This document shows positions 63,937 to 64,000 of a DNA stretch of 64,000 nt, piece by piece. Both the position numbers and the translations under genes were made by a program. Positions within the stretch are counted from its first letter, which is position 1; each line of letters starts with the position of its first letter. Below the pieces are notes generated by a model, which saw nothing but the letters and a program-made list of their open reading frames with translations, ran no database searches and was not told the DNA's origin. This DNA is from a virus, in the IMG/VR virus record IMGVR_UViG_3300034104_006814, positions 7,108 through 71,107 of that record. One strand, given 5' to 3'.

Positions 63937-63963
63937 AAAAAAGCCCCGCCTTTCGGCGGGGCT
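63937..63963 (-). terminator. intrinsic terminator of next cassette (gene outside window)
   Basis: AGCCCCGCC-GAAA-GGCGGGGCTTTTTT. Confidence 0.85.
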
Positions 63964-64000
63964 AAGTTGCTGCGCCCGTGCGGGTTACACCAGATGCGCA

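Noticed and set aside
1-64000. Alternative genetic code (stop-codon reassignment)
   Set aside because: Conserved genes are intact under the standard code, all three stops end genes, and no suppressor tRNA was seen.

Overview
64-kb segment of a large tailed dsDNA bacteriophage genome. The host is probably from the PVC superphylum (Verrucomicrobiota/Planctomycetota), inferred from a DUF1501 gene. Left part (1-50 kb) is very AT-rich and mostly on the + strand. It holds glycosyltransferases, a minus-strand lambda-like tail-tip block (L, K, I, and a J that is split over separate ORFs), GMP reductase, dCMP deaminase, ThyX, scattered lysis-type genes, two ECF-like sigma factors, a MoxR/vWA pair, four tRNAs and a 12-member family of short paralogues with a conserved C-terminus. 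A repeat-rich non-coding zone (50.0-50.9 kb) separates this from a GC-richer, mostly minus-strand region (50.9-64 kb) with four more tRNAs. That region is built as an array of small expression cassettes. The cassettes are delimited by 18 copies of an invariant palindrome CCAGGG-N4-CCCTGG and carry interchangeable parts: one of two 3' hairpin types, one of two upstream control motifs (a 23-bp operator-like palindrome or a sigma54-like box), and a sigma70-type promoter that often gives a leaderless mRNA. This cassette system is the strongest candidate for an undescribed system. The next candidates are the chained paralogue arrays and a tandem structured RNA between two tRNAs. All product calls come from motif recognition by eye; no searches were run.
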